This document shows positions 12,950 through 24,186 of a stretch of 64,000 nt of DNA, piece after piece. The stretch spans positions 130,386,001 through 130,450,000 of the forward strand of contig OX597819.1 in NCBI GenBank assembly GCA_951406725.2, given 5' to 3'. Position 1 is the stretch's first letter, and every line of letters begins with the position of its first letter. The notes under the pieces were generated by a model, which worked only from the letters and a program-made list of their open reading frames with translations, did not search any database and had not been told where the DNA came from. The position numbers were made by a program, and so were the translations under genes. Origin of the DNA: Octopus vulgaris (lineage: Eukaryota).

Positions 12950-12992
12950 CTTCGGATATGTTTTGCTCTTATTAGACCTCCTCAGTGAAGTA
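12950..12992 (-). ncRNA. Degenerate hammerhead-like motif
   Basis: Reverse complement ctgagga-ggtc-taataa-gagc-aaaac is two changes from CTGANGA-GGTC-loop-GACC-GAAAC. Confidence 0.4.
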
Positions 12993-13671
12993 CGGCGTCC
13001 ACAATATTTTCTGGAGTAGTGAGGAAAGAATTGCTAAACAGATAAATATGTAATATTGTACATTTATCAGTGTAGGAAAACATAAATGCTGAGAGAATAA
13101 ATAATTAATTCGAAGACACCGCAATACGTTATTTCATTCAAACTCCGAAGAACGAAAGGCGAATTCAACAAAATACTGGAATGAGTTTTGTAATGAATGA
13201 AAAATTTGCATATTTAAAACTAGCACATTTGAATAAACGTAATGAACCACTGAGGTTGAATTACCGAAAGACGCCACCTGTAGGAAAAAATAATCTATAG
13301 TTGAATAAGTGTTAACATATGTATTCCGATTGATCACCTTGCTTCTTATCGACTCTGTATAATGTATATAGCGTGGAACATTAGAGAGATAATGCGTGTA
13401 TACAATGAATTGAATTACATAGATAAATGGGCTGATCAAAGCTAAATTTATAATACTAGAAATATATTGATTTCTTATAATAATGCACAAGACCAACTTT
13501 TATAGAGCTGTTTCATAGTCTGTTGTTTAAACAGTAGTCATTTGTTGTTTAGCAAAGCAAGGTTGAAAGAAATTCCTGCCGTGACCATCTCGTCTTTTCA
13601 GTTATGTATATATATATATATATACCCTACAACTCCACTTTGTTATACATGCATACATACATATAAATATA

Positions 13672-14080
13672 GGCGCAGGAGTGGCTGTGTGGTAAGTAGC
13701 TTGTTTACCAACCACATGGTCCCGGGTTCAGTCCCACTGCGTGGCACCTTGGGCAAGTGTCTTCTACTATAGCCTCGGGCCGACCAAAGCCTTGTGAGTG
13801 GATTTGGTAGACGGAAACTGAAAGAAGCCCGTCGTATATATGTATATATATATGCGTGTGTGTGTTTGTGTGTTTGTGTGTCTGTGTTTGTCCCCCTAAC
13901 ATTGCTTGACAACCGATGCTGGTGTGTTTATGTCTCCGTTACTTAGCGGTTCGGAAAAAGAGACCGATAGAATAAGTACTGGGCTTACAAAAGAATAAGT
14001 CCCGGGGTCGAGTTGCTCGATTAAAGGCGGTGCTCCAGCATAGCCGCAGTCAGATGACTGAAACAAGTAAAAGAGTAAAG
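13672..14080 (+). mobile_element. SINE family B, full length (tRNA-like head, internal microsatellite, AGTAAAAG tail)
   Basis: Head ggcgcaggagtggctgtgtggtaagtagc, B-box-like gggttcagtccc, CORE-like ccttgggcaagt, internal (TA)/(GT) tract, 3' hairpin cagtc-agat-gactg. More than 10 copies in the window. Confidence 0.92.
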
Positions 14081-14879
14081 AGATATATAGTATCTTTAAG
14101 ATTGTATTCAATATGTTTTGCTGTTTTCTTGAAGACGTGAATGTGTGATTTGGAACAGGGTTTGTTGGTCAAATAAACTTCTGTATTGGCTGACTGTTAA
14201 AATCAGTTGTGAACCTCATTTATTTTTGCCTCAGATTTATAAAGAAAGAAAACGCTATGTTGTAATGTTCATGCCTTTCTGAGTAGTATTAACAAATAAT
14301 CGGCTAAAATGTTCTTTTATCAATCCCCTGGTTCTTAGTTCAATCACAGAATGCTATACTTTGGGCAAGCGTCTTTACCATAACATCGAGTCGACTTTCA
14401 CTTTGTAAATGAAACCGTGGAGACAGAATTTGCGAAGAAATCCGTTGGATGGATTGTGCCTCTTCCTGGATCATCATTAAGGATAACATTAACATAATCT
14501 GATAATCTCACAACTCCGAAAACTGGGTCTTTGGATTTTTGTATGCATCATTCTAGTAATAGGATAGGCTGTTTCTCTCCAGGCCTTCTTTTATCCGTAG
14601 CCACGTCTTACAAAAATAAGAAGAGAGAATTATTCTTAGAATGGGAAGACATCTTCATGGATGAGCGAAATCGACTGATTCAACTAACAGCCAACAAGCG
14701 AGCATCGATGCGGTTCGACCTGCTAAAAGTAGCCACTAGCTTTTCCTCAGATCTTAGCACACAATCTTGGACAAGTAAAGGACACAGTGAATACTTTAGT
14801 CCTACATACACTTTTAAAAGAAAGTATGGTGACTGCTGGAAAGCATTGATCAGAGTTGAGATGGCCTAAACAACAACTA

Positions 14880-15275
14880 CCCACCACAAGGTCAAATCCT
14901 TACTGTTGTGTGGTGGCTTCTGTGTCTCGATGACACTGAGCGCTATGCAAGCGGAGGACAAGCTCTCGCAGGGCCTCCCATGCAGGAAAGGTCTAAGAAT
15001 AGAGGCCAGACTAATATGCACCATGGGTTTGTGTAGGGTCAACACGCCTAACTTTTGAAAAAGGCAAAATTACAGAAGCATCGAAACAATTCAAAGCCAA
15101 CAAGATCTGGGAGAGGAAGATCTGGGAAAGACGATGTGGTACAGCAAAATCCGAAAGGAAGCCACAAAGTCAACTCCCCTTCTGACTACCAGGAGACCAG
15201 CCCAGATTTTAGAACATTGGAAAAAAGGCATCGATGGTCTATGATCCATGGGAAGCAAGTAAAAAAGTGAAACTA
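14880..15275 (+). mobile_element. RTE-clade LINE derivative (5' UTR plus probable 3' end)
   Basis: ccttactgttgtgtggtggcttctgtgtctcgatgacactgagcgctatgc...cagggcctcccatgcaggaaaggtc resembles RTE/BovB-type 5' UTRs. tggaaaaaaggcatcgatggtctatgatccatgggaagc resembles an RTE 3' end. Based on recall, not alignment. Confidence 0.55.
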
Positions 15276-15359
15276 ACAGATAAAAATGGTAAATCATCAA
15301 CAAAAAGCGTTTCACTTCCATTTGATAATGAAACTAAATGGATGTCGAAATAATCTTTT

Positions 15360-15780
15360 GTATTATTGACCCCAAGACTGAAATATTAGGGAAGCGAAAG
15401 TGCTTAACTGATACATATGTCATCGAATCCGAAAGGATGAAATGCAAAGACGACCTCGGTGGGATGCGAACTCAGAACGTAATGCCAGACAAAATGTTAC
15501 TAAGTATATTTGTCCGACGCGGTCATAGTTTTGCTAGTTCGCCGCTTTGATGGATGTAAAAATAATGATTTCAGATTTTGACGCAAGGCCAGCAACCTCG
15601 TCGGGGAGGCAAGTCGTTTACATCGACCCAGATGCTCAACTGGTATTTCTTTCCTCGACCCCCAAATGGATGAAAGGTAAAGTCGATGTCAGCGGAATGT
15701 GAACTCAGAACGTAAAGACAGAAGAAAGGCTGCTAAGCGTTTGTCCAACGCGTTAACGATTCTTCCAGCTCGCCGCCTTT
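15360..15780 (-). mobile_element. Two degenerate SINE family A copies
   Basis: ccgaaaggatgaaatgcaaagacgacctcgg and ggatgaaaggtaaagtcgatgtcagcggaatgtgaactcagaacgta...ccagctcgccgcctt. Confidence 0.75.
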
Positions 15781-16432
15781 CGGTGTGTAAAAATAATACC
15801 TACTTTTGTAGCCATACTTGTGTGTATATTTGTCAGTCGAGCGAGGACTGGAATTGGTTCTCTGCGTTCTTCAGACTATCACTTCCCTGGTGCCATCTAC
15901 CTTTCAACAAATTTACTGAAAATCATCGCTTTTTAATCTCTCCAATTTGAAATTCTTCAGTGATGAGGGCCTGGCCGAAGAGGGAAGTGTCTGTCCTCAG
16001 TCCTTCCAATCGTGTCCAACCATAATCATAAGACCTGATGTTGTAGTCGTCATTGCTTATCGTGTATGTTTGAAGAGATAATCTGTTAAGTTGTTTATTC
16101 CATTATCTATTTGAATACAACCGCCATTCACATTTTACGACTACTAGTTCGTACCCCCACCCCAGCAACACACACACACACACACACCGTTGATAATGAG
16201 ATATTTAGGTTAATCAATGTAACCGTTAAATTGGCCAAGCGGAACTTTGACATTGATGGAGCATTACAGGAGTCGAGTGAGCGGTCGAGAAAGATTGGGT
16301 CTTGTGCGAGAGAGAGAGAGAGGGCGAGAGGAAGGCACAGTATGGAGAGAAAGATATACGGCAATGCAGAGGATGAGACATAATACGAATGCACACATAC
16401 ATGGATAGAGAAATATTGAGCTAGCTAGCGAA

Positions 16433-16484
<52 letters not shown>

Positions 16485-16839
16485 GGAGAGAGAGAGAGAA
16501 TGAGGGAGAGAGAAAGAGTAATCCCTAGGGCAAAACGGCTGGAGAGGAAATAAGCGTCGAAAGAGTAACAGCATAATTAATTGTAAACGCGGCTTATCGT
16601 TGAGTTGCTATCATTATCATTAGCGTATATATTGATTTTACAGCTAATGCTGGTGTATAAATGTGCGTGTATAATGCTGGTGTATAAATGTATGTGTGAA
16701 AGAAACGGGCGGTGTGTAACAGTATTTAGTGAACTCTCTTTACGCTGTGGTTCTGGGTTCGTATCAAGAGAGAAGCTAAGTTTCCTTTCTCCTTTTTTCC
16801 CGTTCGTTGATAAAATAAATACCAGTTGGAGTATTCTTT

Positions 16840-17062
16840 TTATCTTTTATCTCTTACTTGTTTCAGCTATTAGACTGCGGCCTTGCTGGAGCACTGCCTT
16901 GAAGAATTTTTAGTCGAATGAATCGACCCCAGTATCTGTTAGACCCGGTACATATTCTGTCGGTCTCTTTTGCCGAACCGCTAATTTACGGAGGCGTAAA
17001 AACGCCAGCACCGGTTGTCAGGTAGTTGACGGGAGGACAAACGCAGACACTAAGATATACAC

Positions 17063-17103
<41 letters not shown>

Positions 17104-17240
17104 CACACACGACGGGCTTCTTTCAGCTTCCTTCTACCAAATCCACTCACAACGCTTTGCTCGGCCCGAGGTGTTATGCAGTGGGACTGAACCCGGAATC
17201 ATCTGGTTGGAAAGCAAGTTTCTTACCACACAGCCACTGG
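16840..17240 (-). mobile_element. SINE family B (small internal deletion)
   Basis: Reverse-complement match to 13672-14080. Confidence 0.88.
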
Positions 17241-17474
17241 TTAACTTCCGCAGAAATAACAGCAATCTATTGATGTTACATCGATTAAGCTCCTATAAAT
17301 CTGTGATGTTTAATGCTAATATGAGAAATAAAGCAACAAATTTACATTATTGTTAGAACATCATATAAAAGTGCTGTGTAATATTTGTTCCCAGTTCAAA
17401 TCCTGTTAAAGTCAACATTACTTTTTTTTATTTCTGGGTTGATGGTAAAATACCAGTGGATTAGCAAATTTATT

Positions 17475-18290
17475 TGACAGAATCAGATATTATATCAATG
17501 TTCAATGATCTAGAATTAAATATTATTGCCGATGCCAACAAAACTAAAGTAAATTTTCTAGATATAACATTAGGTTTAGTTGCTAACACATATTTTCCTT
17601 ATTATAAAATTAATGAATGTTATTTTATATTTACAAATTTTTGAAACATCTACCAGTTTAGTTTCAGCGGCCTAGTGGTTAGTGTTTCACACGCCATTGT
17701 AAGATTGTGGTTTCGATTTCGGGACAGTTAGTACGTTGTGCACGAGAGCAAAACACTTCGTTTCGCGTTGCACCAGGCCACTCAGCCGTAATGAGTGACC
17801 ATGCAAGGAACTGGACCCCCGTTTAGGGAGAATGTTGTGCTCTCGGCCACTTATACGCTATGGAAACTAGGTAACTATCCTTAAGAATCGAGACCATAAC
17901 AAAATGTTAGTCGATTATATACCTTCATTATCCTCAATAACAGAAATCTTTTGCCAAAACTTCAACTTTCTAGAACAAAGCATTTAATCGTAACGGATTT
18001 TTGGATTGAACAGAATATGTACCCGGGCCAGAAGCTCCCAGAAATAGAAAAATTCCGCGATATAATCCAATTTTTTGCGCAAATAAATACAGGCAAAAAA
18101 AGTAAGAACTAATGTAGCCAAGGATTTTCTTAAGTTACTCTTACTTAATTTTAATAGGGATCACAGATGTTTTGAGATGGTTTAATAGGGCTCTTAAGAT
18201 CTTTAATAGAAATTCTAGTGAAGTTCCTGATGCTTGTTGCGAGTATTTTCGCTGCTCTATCAATGTAATTAATGCAAAGTCTAGGTGGAG
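17475..18290 (+). mobile_element. Penelope-like RT thumb/linker remnant interrupted by a SINE
   Basis: SDIISMFNDLELNIIADANKTKVNFLDITLGLVANTYFPYYKIN (PLE FLD.TL...PYRKPN motif). After the SINE: RKIPRYNPIFC and VRTNVAKDFLKLL (PLE RNIIWFNPPF..VKTNIGK.FL.L motif). Confidence 0.8.
17665..17880 (+). mobile_element. Degenerate tRNA-derived SINE (family C-like head, V-domain-like tail)
   Basis: ggcctagtggttagtg A box, ggtttcgatttc B box, gagcaaaacactt...cgttgcaccaggccactcagccgtaatgagt core. Confidence 0.7.
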
Positions 18291-18354
18291 CAATAGTAAT
18301 ATACCTCTTAAGAAAGAGGGTGGAATTGTAGAAAGCCTCCTAGTGTCTACCCAA

Positions 18355-18580
18355 GTCATCATCATCATCATCATTACTAAAATAATAATCACCATCGTTA
18401 TCCTCCTCCCACTCGTCATCATCATCATCATCATCATCGTTATCATCATCGTCGTCGTCGTCGTCGTCGTCGTATTCGTCATCACCGTCATTACCGTCAT
18501 AGTCATCATCATCGAAATCATTGCTAGCGTCGACGTCATCATCATCATTATCATCATCATCATTCCAGCTACCGCTACCA

Positions 18581-18615
<35 letters not shown>

Positions 18616-18860
18616 ACTACTACTACCACTACTACCCATTATAGTGGTCATCATCATCATCATCATCATCATCATATTCACCATATTCATCGTCGGCGTC
18701 GTTGTGTGCTATTACTGCAGCCACAACAATGGCGGTAATGACTACAAAACACTCCCACTACCGCCACCACCACCACCACCACCACCACCACAACCACCAC
18801 CACCACCACAACCACCACCACCACCACCACCACTAACAGCAACAACAACAACAACCATCA
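18355..18860. repeat. Compound trinucleotide microsatellite (CAT/CGT/CTA/CTG/CCA/CAA)
   Basis: Direct inspection. Confidence 0.95.
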
Positions 18861-19182
18861 CGGCAACAAGTATTGTTTGGTCTTTTGTCTGCACCACCCA
18901 CCCCGCTCCATCTTAAAAGCCCTTTTGTCATAGGAAGAATCTATTAATGCGATGTATAAAGTTTCCACTTCGTTGCACTCGGTAAATGTTCATATCTACG
19001 CTTGTTTACATATGTTATACAGACGTATAGAACCTCGATAGTGGGGGTTTTGATTCACTGAACTAGAAATACCGGGTTCAATTTCATTTAGCAGTACAGC
19101 TTCAATTTACATATACCGCTGTTTACGTGTATCGACCTGCAGTGCCCTTCCTTCGCGCCACTTGTGGTCGATAAAGAAACAC

Positions 19183-19598
<416 letters not shown>

Positions 19599-19984
19599 TT
19601 GAGTGAGAGAGCAGTGCATGTCATCAAAGTGAGACTGGGGTAAAATATACGAAGACCAATATACCCATCATGATTACTCGGCTGATATGGGTACATCAGG
19701 AACATGCATCACAATCATATGTGCGCAATATGGATATCTCATACCAAGATAAAAAGCGCTTGACCTTGCAGGTGGGGTCCAGTTAGAAGTTTCTTCAAGT
19801 CGAGTAGCCCATCCTGCTCAAGCGCTCTTTGAATAAGGGTTGTTTAAAGATGTTGAACGAGACACTGATGTTCCCAGGGTGAATTATTTAAACCCCAAAG
19901 AATTCCTCTCAACACATGGCTATGATGCTCTCTCACTACTTCTGCTCGTGATCAGAGATGCATATATTGTCAGTCGCTAAGGAA

Positions 19985-20820
19985 CATATTTGCCATGCAG
20001 AGGTTTTCGTTCCCACCTATCAGCCAGTTATTCAAACGCATTTTTCTTTGCTACTGATTTCATCTTCTTTGCAACTACTGTTGCTGCACTTCCCTCGTGC
20101 TGTTCAACCTCATTTGAAAATTCTTTGCTCTCCAGTCGTTATATGTTTCACGATATTTTGCCAGGCCAATTGTGGTGGTTTTGTAGGAGATTTCAAATTG
20201 GATCAAAGCCTCGACCTCCTTGAGCTCTGGGTAGATAAAGACGTCCTTTAGGTAGTGTATCTTATAGCAAGCGTGGAGGCACAATGGCCCAGTGGTTAGG
20301 GCAGCGGACTCGCGGTCGTAGGATCGCGGTTTCGATTCCCAGACCGGGCGTTGTGAGTGTTTATTGAGCGAAAACACCTAAAAAAGCTCCACGGGGCTCC
20401 AGCAGGGATGGTGGTGATCCCTGCTGTACTCTTTCACCACAACTTTCTCTCACTCTTACTTCCTGTTTCTGTTATGCCTGTATTTCAAAGGGCCGGCCTT
20501 GTCACTCTCTGTGTCACGCTGAATATCCCCGAGAACAACGTTAAGGGTGCACGTGTCTGTAGAGTGCTCAGCCACTTACATGTTAATTTCACGAGCAGGC
20601 TATTCCGTTGATTCGGATCAACCGGAACCCTCGTCGTCGTAACCGACGGAGTGCTTCCATCACCATCCATCTTATTGCAAGTCAGCAGCTTACTGATTTT
20701 CCTGTCAATCTTCCTTATTTTAACTCATATTCCAGTTCAACACATTGAAACTGTAAATAAGAGTCGGAACTGCTAAGGAATTTATAGCTAACACCTTGTT
20801 ACGTGCATCTAACTCGGATG
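19985..20820 (-). mobile_element. R4/Dong-like retrotransposon RT-thumb remnant, interrupted by SINE C
   Basis: Minus strand SELDARNKVLAINSLAVPTLIYSFNVLNWNMS..IRKIDRKISKLLTC [SINE] YKIHY..RLYLPRAQGGRG..LIQFEISYKTTTIGLAKY...KPLHGK. Confidence 0.85.
20275..20668 (+). mobile_element. SINE family C, tail type 2
   Basis: tRNA-like head as at 8182. TSD atcttat(a/t)gcaag at 20259 and 20669. Short ccat tail. Confidence 0.92.
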
Positions 20821-20844
20821 TGTGTGTGTGCGTGCGTGCGCGTG

Positions 20845-21222
20845 TGTATAAAAGTTTTCTATGTCAGATTTTGAGTCGCTTATACTAAATTCCGGTCATT
20901 ATCTTCTTGTCTCCCGATCTAGTTTCGTTAGTTCATTTAGTGTTCAATTAAGAATATTGTAAGTGTAACAGGGACAGCTAGAGTGTTGATACCTATTATT
21001 TTGTTTTCCGCATTGGACTCTGTTTTAAATATTAATGTAGTTCGTCTGTAATATTCCTTCCTTATCTTCCCTTTCTTTTTGTGTGTGTTCTATTCTATCT
21101 GGTTCCTAAATATTTGTACGTCTGGGTTTGGTCTTATTCTCATTTTACTGTCTTTTTCTACCATGATTTTGTTACTCTTAAGTAGTTTTCCTCTTTTCAA
21201 GGTTGCTTTGGCACATTTTTCG

Positions 21223-21225
<3 letters not shown>
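20845..21225 (-). mobile_element. Second R4/Dong-like RT remnant, 5' end abutting (TAA)n
   Basis: EKCAKATLKRGKLLKSNKI...TYKYLG...KIRKEYYRRTTLIFKTESNAENKIIGINTLAVPV...LTKLDRETRR...KSDIEKL. Confidence 0.82.
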
Positions 21226-21317
<92 letters not shown>

Positions 21318-21525
21318 TATCATCATCATTATCATCATCATCATCACTATTATTATCATTATTATTATTATCATCATCATCATCATCATTATCATCATCA
21401 TCATCATCATCATCATAATCATCATCATTATTATCATTATCATCATCACTATTATTATTATTATCATTATCATCGACGGCGTCGTCGTCGTCGTCATCAT
21501 CATCATCCTCATCACCATCTTCATC
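21223..21525. repeat. (ATT)n/(ATC)n microsatellite
   Basis: Direct inspection. Confidence 0.95.
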
Positions 21526-22141
21526 ATTTTAATCATTAGTATAGTTAAGATTTGTGAGTTGGTAGAAGCGCTAGAGCATCTAATGACATGCATCCAATAT
21601 ATGGTTTGGTGAGATTTACGCCACCATGACCGATAAGATAATATTGATGTTACAAGGTGTGTCTGACACCAGAAAGTACTTTAACCCAGAAGATGTTTGT
21701 TACTTCGAGGACGAATCCAATAAAGAAATGCTAACGCAATTTAATTTCGGTAATCTCCAAAGAATAAATTTATATATGGTTAACGAAAAATGAGAAATGA
21801 CATTATCACGCTCGAGAAATGATACTTTGCCGGATCGTGATAATGTCTATATGCAAGGAAGTACCGTGAACCAATTTTGCCCATGATGCACGCAATACAA
21901 GGGAATTGTGTCCGACATTGCTGTCATGTCAAGTTATGACAAGTACCTGCTGTTGCATGTAGGGTGAACCTAGCTATCATCTGAGTTCTTTGTAAAGATC
22001 CTCCTTCCACGTTCCTTAGGCCGTGAAGTTTTTATTTGTCTGATGGCTTTAGTGAAAGAATTTGTGTGATGGAGCAGATTGAAAAGGCTTGAAGATAGAC
22101 ACGTTCCTCTTTGGCAAAGCCAACTTCCAAAAAGAAAGTGA

Positions 22142-22545
22142 AGGTGGAGTGGCTGTGTGGTAAGTAGCTTGCTTACGAACCACATGGTTCCGGGTTCTGT
22201 CCCACTGCGTGGCACCTTGGGCAAGCGTCTTCTACTATAGCCTCGGCCGACTAAAGCCTTGTGAGTGGATTTGGTAGACAGAAACTGAAAGAAGCCCAGC
22301 GTATGAGTGTGTGTGTGTGTGTGTGCGCACGCGTTTTTGTGCATTGTGAATGTTTGTCTTCCACCACCGCTTGACAACTGGTGTTGATTTGTTTACGTTC
22401 CCGTAACTTAGTGGTTCGGCAAAAACGAAACGATAGAATAAATACCAGACTCTAAAAGTAAGCTGGTTTGTTCGACTAAACACTTCAAGGCGGTACTCCA
22501 GCTTGACCGTAGCCTAATGACTGAAACAAGTAAAAGATAAAAGAT
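22142..22545 (+). mobile_element. SINE family B
   Basis: Match to 13672-14080. Confidence 0.9.
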
Positions 22546-23227
22546 AACGTTAGAGTCAGATGCCTTTGCCTCCAGCTTTTGGATTCCGAAGAAGGTTTTA
22601 AGTGGTGGACATTTTCTACTAATGTTATCTAACATTAAACGAAGATATGTTTTAATTATTTGCTTTTTTTGGCCCATTTGGATGAGAAAAAACTTCATTA
22701 GAGTATTTTGGTTGTCACTCTGTTGTTAAAATTTCTGCCGTATTTGATCATCAGTAGTAACAACAATAACAAAAGCAAGAACGAAGAGCAGACGGATACA
22801 GCCTCTCAAAGACATATCAAAATGCTTCTTCAGACATTTAACAAGCATAAAATAACATGAATACAAAAAAAAAAAAAAGAATTTACCGTTCCGCGTGGTC
22901 ATTTCGAAAAGAATAAAGTAAATGTATTTTCAAGCATCGAAAATGACTTTAATGATGATCTGAAGAACAGCAACTGCAAAAACAGCTCTGTAGCACTTCT
23001 GCGTATTATATCCAAGTTATATTTAGCGAATACATGAATGGTAAAAATACTTTTACTCGTATTGCTTCAACAGAGAATATCTAAGATTGGACAGGATACA
23101 GACCCAGGAGCTCGAATAACACTGTCTCTTTTTCGATAGGGGACAAAAAGAAATATTTTAAATATATTCAAAATGTAATTTCTACAGATTTCCTACAGAA
23201 TTTAGAGCCGAAAGTTACGACGTTTTG

Positions 23228-23290
23228 TTAGTTAGTTAGTTAGTTAATTTTTTGGCTCAAAAAGCAAAAAGCAAGGCCATGTAGGGGGCC
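23228..23290 (-). mobile_element. CR1/L2-like LINE extreme 3' end with (AACT)n tail
   Basis: Reverse complement of the tail at 47305-47367 (ctacatggccttgct...tttgagccaaa..ttaactaactaac). Confidence 0.75.
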
Positions 23291-23705
23291 TTTGTAAACT
23301 AATACGTCTACGTAAACAATGCAAACGAAGATATAAAAGTAACTAATAGCTGTATATACATATTTCAGGAGTTATTGCTCTTTCTTCAAGCAAGCTATTA
23401 ACTATCCACGAACACATTGCTTAAATAGCCAGTAAGTTTAGCGATGTAACATTATTGCATAGACCAATTTCACATATTAAACACATTCCTGATAACTGGT
23501 ATGTACATATTAATTACCCGTACCTCATCAAAAGCGGAGCAGATTTCAGTATGCCCTCAAATTGATCTCCCTCTGATGCGGAACAAAATTGCATCAATTT
23601 ATCGAAGTAAATACTACGGGCCCACCAACCAGCTCTTTAAGACCAAAGTCGAGGCAGAACAGCCGATAGAAATAATACAGGAAGCACCTGCTCATCGATT
23701 AAAAC

Positions 23706-23857
23706 CTGTGTGGTAAGTAGTTTATTTACCAGCCACATGGTTCCGGGTTCAGTCCCACTGCGTGTCACCTTGGGCAAGTGACTTCTACTATAGCCTCGGG
23801 CCGACCAAAGCCTTGTGAATGGATTTGGTACACAGAAACTTAAGGAAGCCCATCGTA

Positions 23858-23918
<61 letters not shown>

Positions 23919-24186
23919 TTGGTGCGTAAATCTTTGTGTGTCTGTGTTTGTCCCCCCACCAACATCGTTTGACAACCGATGTTGGTGTGTTTACATCTCC
24001 ATAACTTAGCGGTTCGGCAAATGAAACCGATAGAATATGTACTAGGCTTACAAAGAATAAGTCCTGGGGTCGATTTGCTCGACTAAAGGTGGTGCTCCAG
24101 CATGGCCGCAATCAAATGACAGAAACAAGTAAAAAAGTAAAAGAGTAAAAGAGTAAAAGAGTAAAAGAGTAAAAGAGTAAAAGAGT
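23706..24186 (+). mobile_element. SINE family B, 5'-truncated, with expanded (AGTAAAAG)n tail
   Basis: Family B match, about 7 tandem 8-bp tail units at 24128-24186. Confidence 0.92.

Noticed and set aside
15958-15990. gtgatgagggcctggccgaaga as a hammerhead
   Set aside because: Both core strands are mismatched and stem II has no viable loop.
24128-24186. Short regular repeats as a possible CRISPR-like array
   Set aside because: This is an 8-bp SINE tail with no spacers. No repeat-spacer structure or cas gene was seen anywhere in the window.
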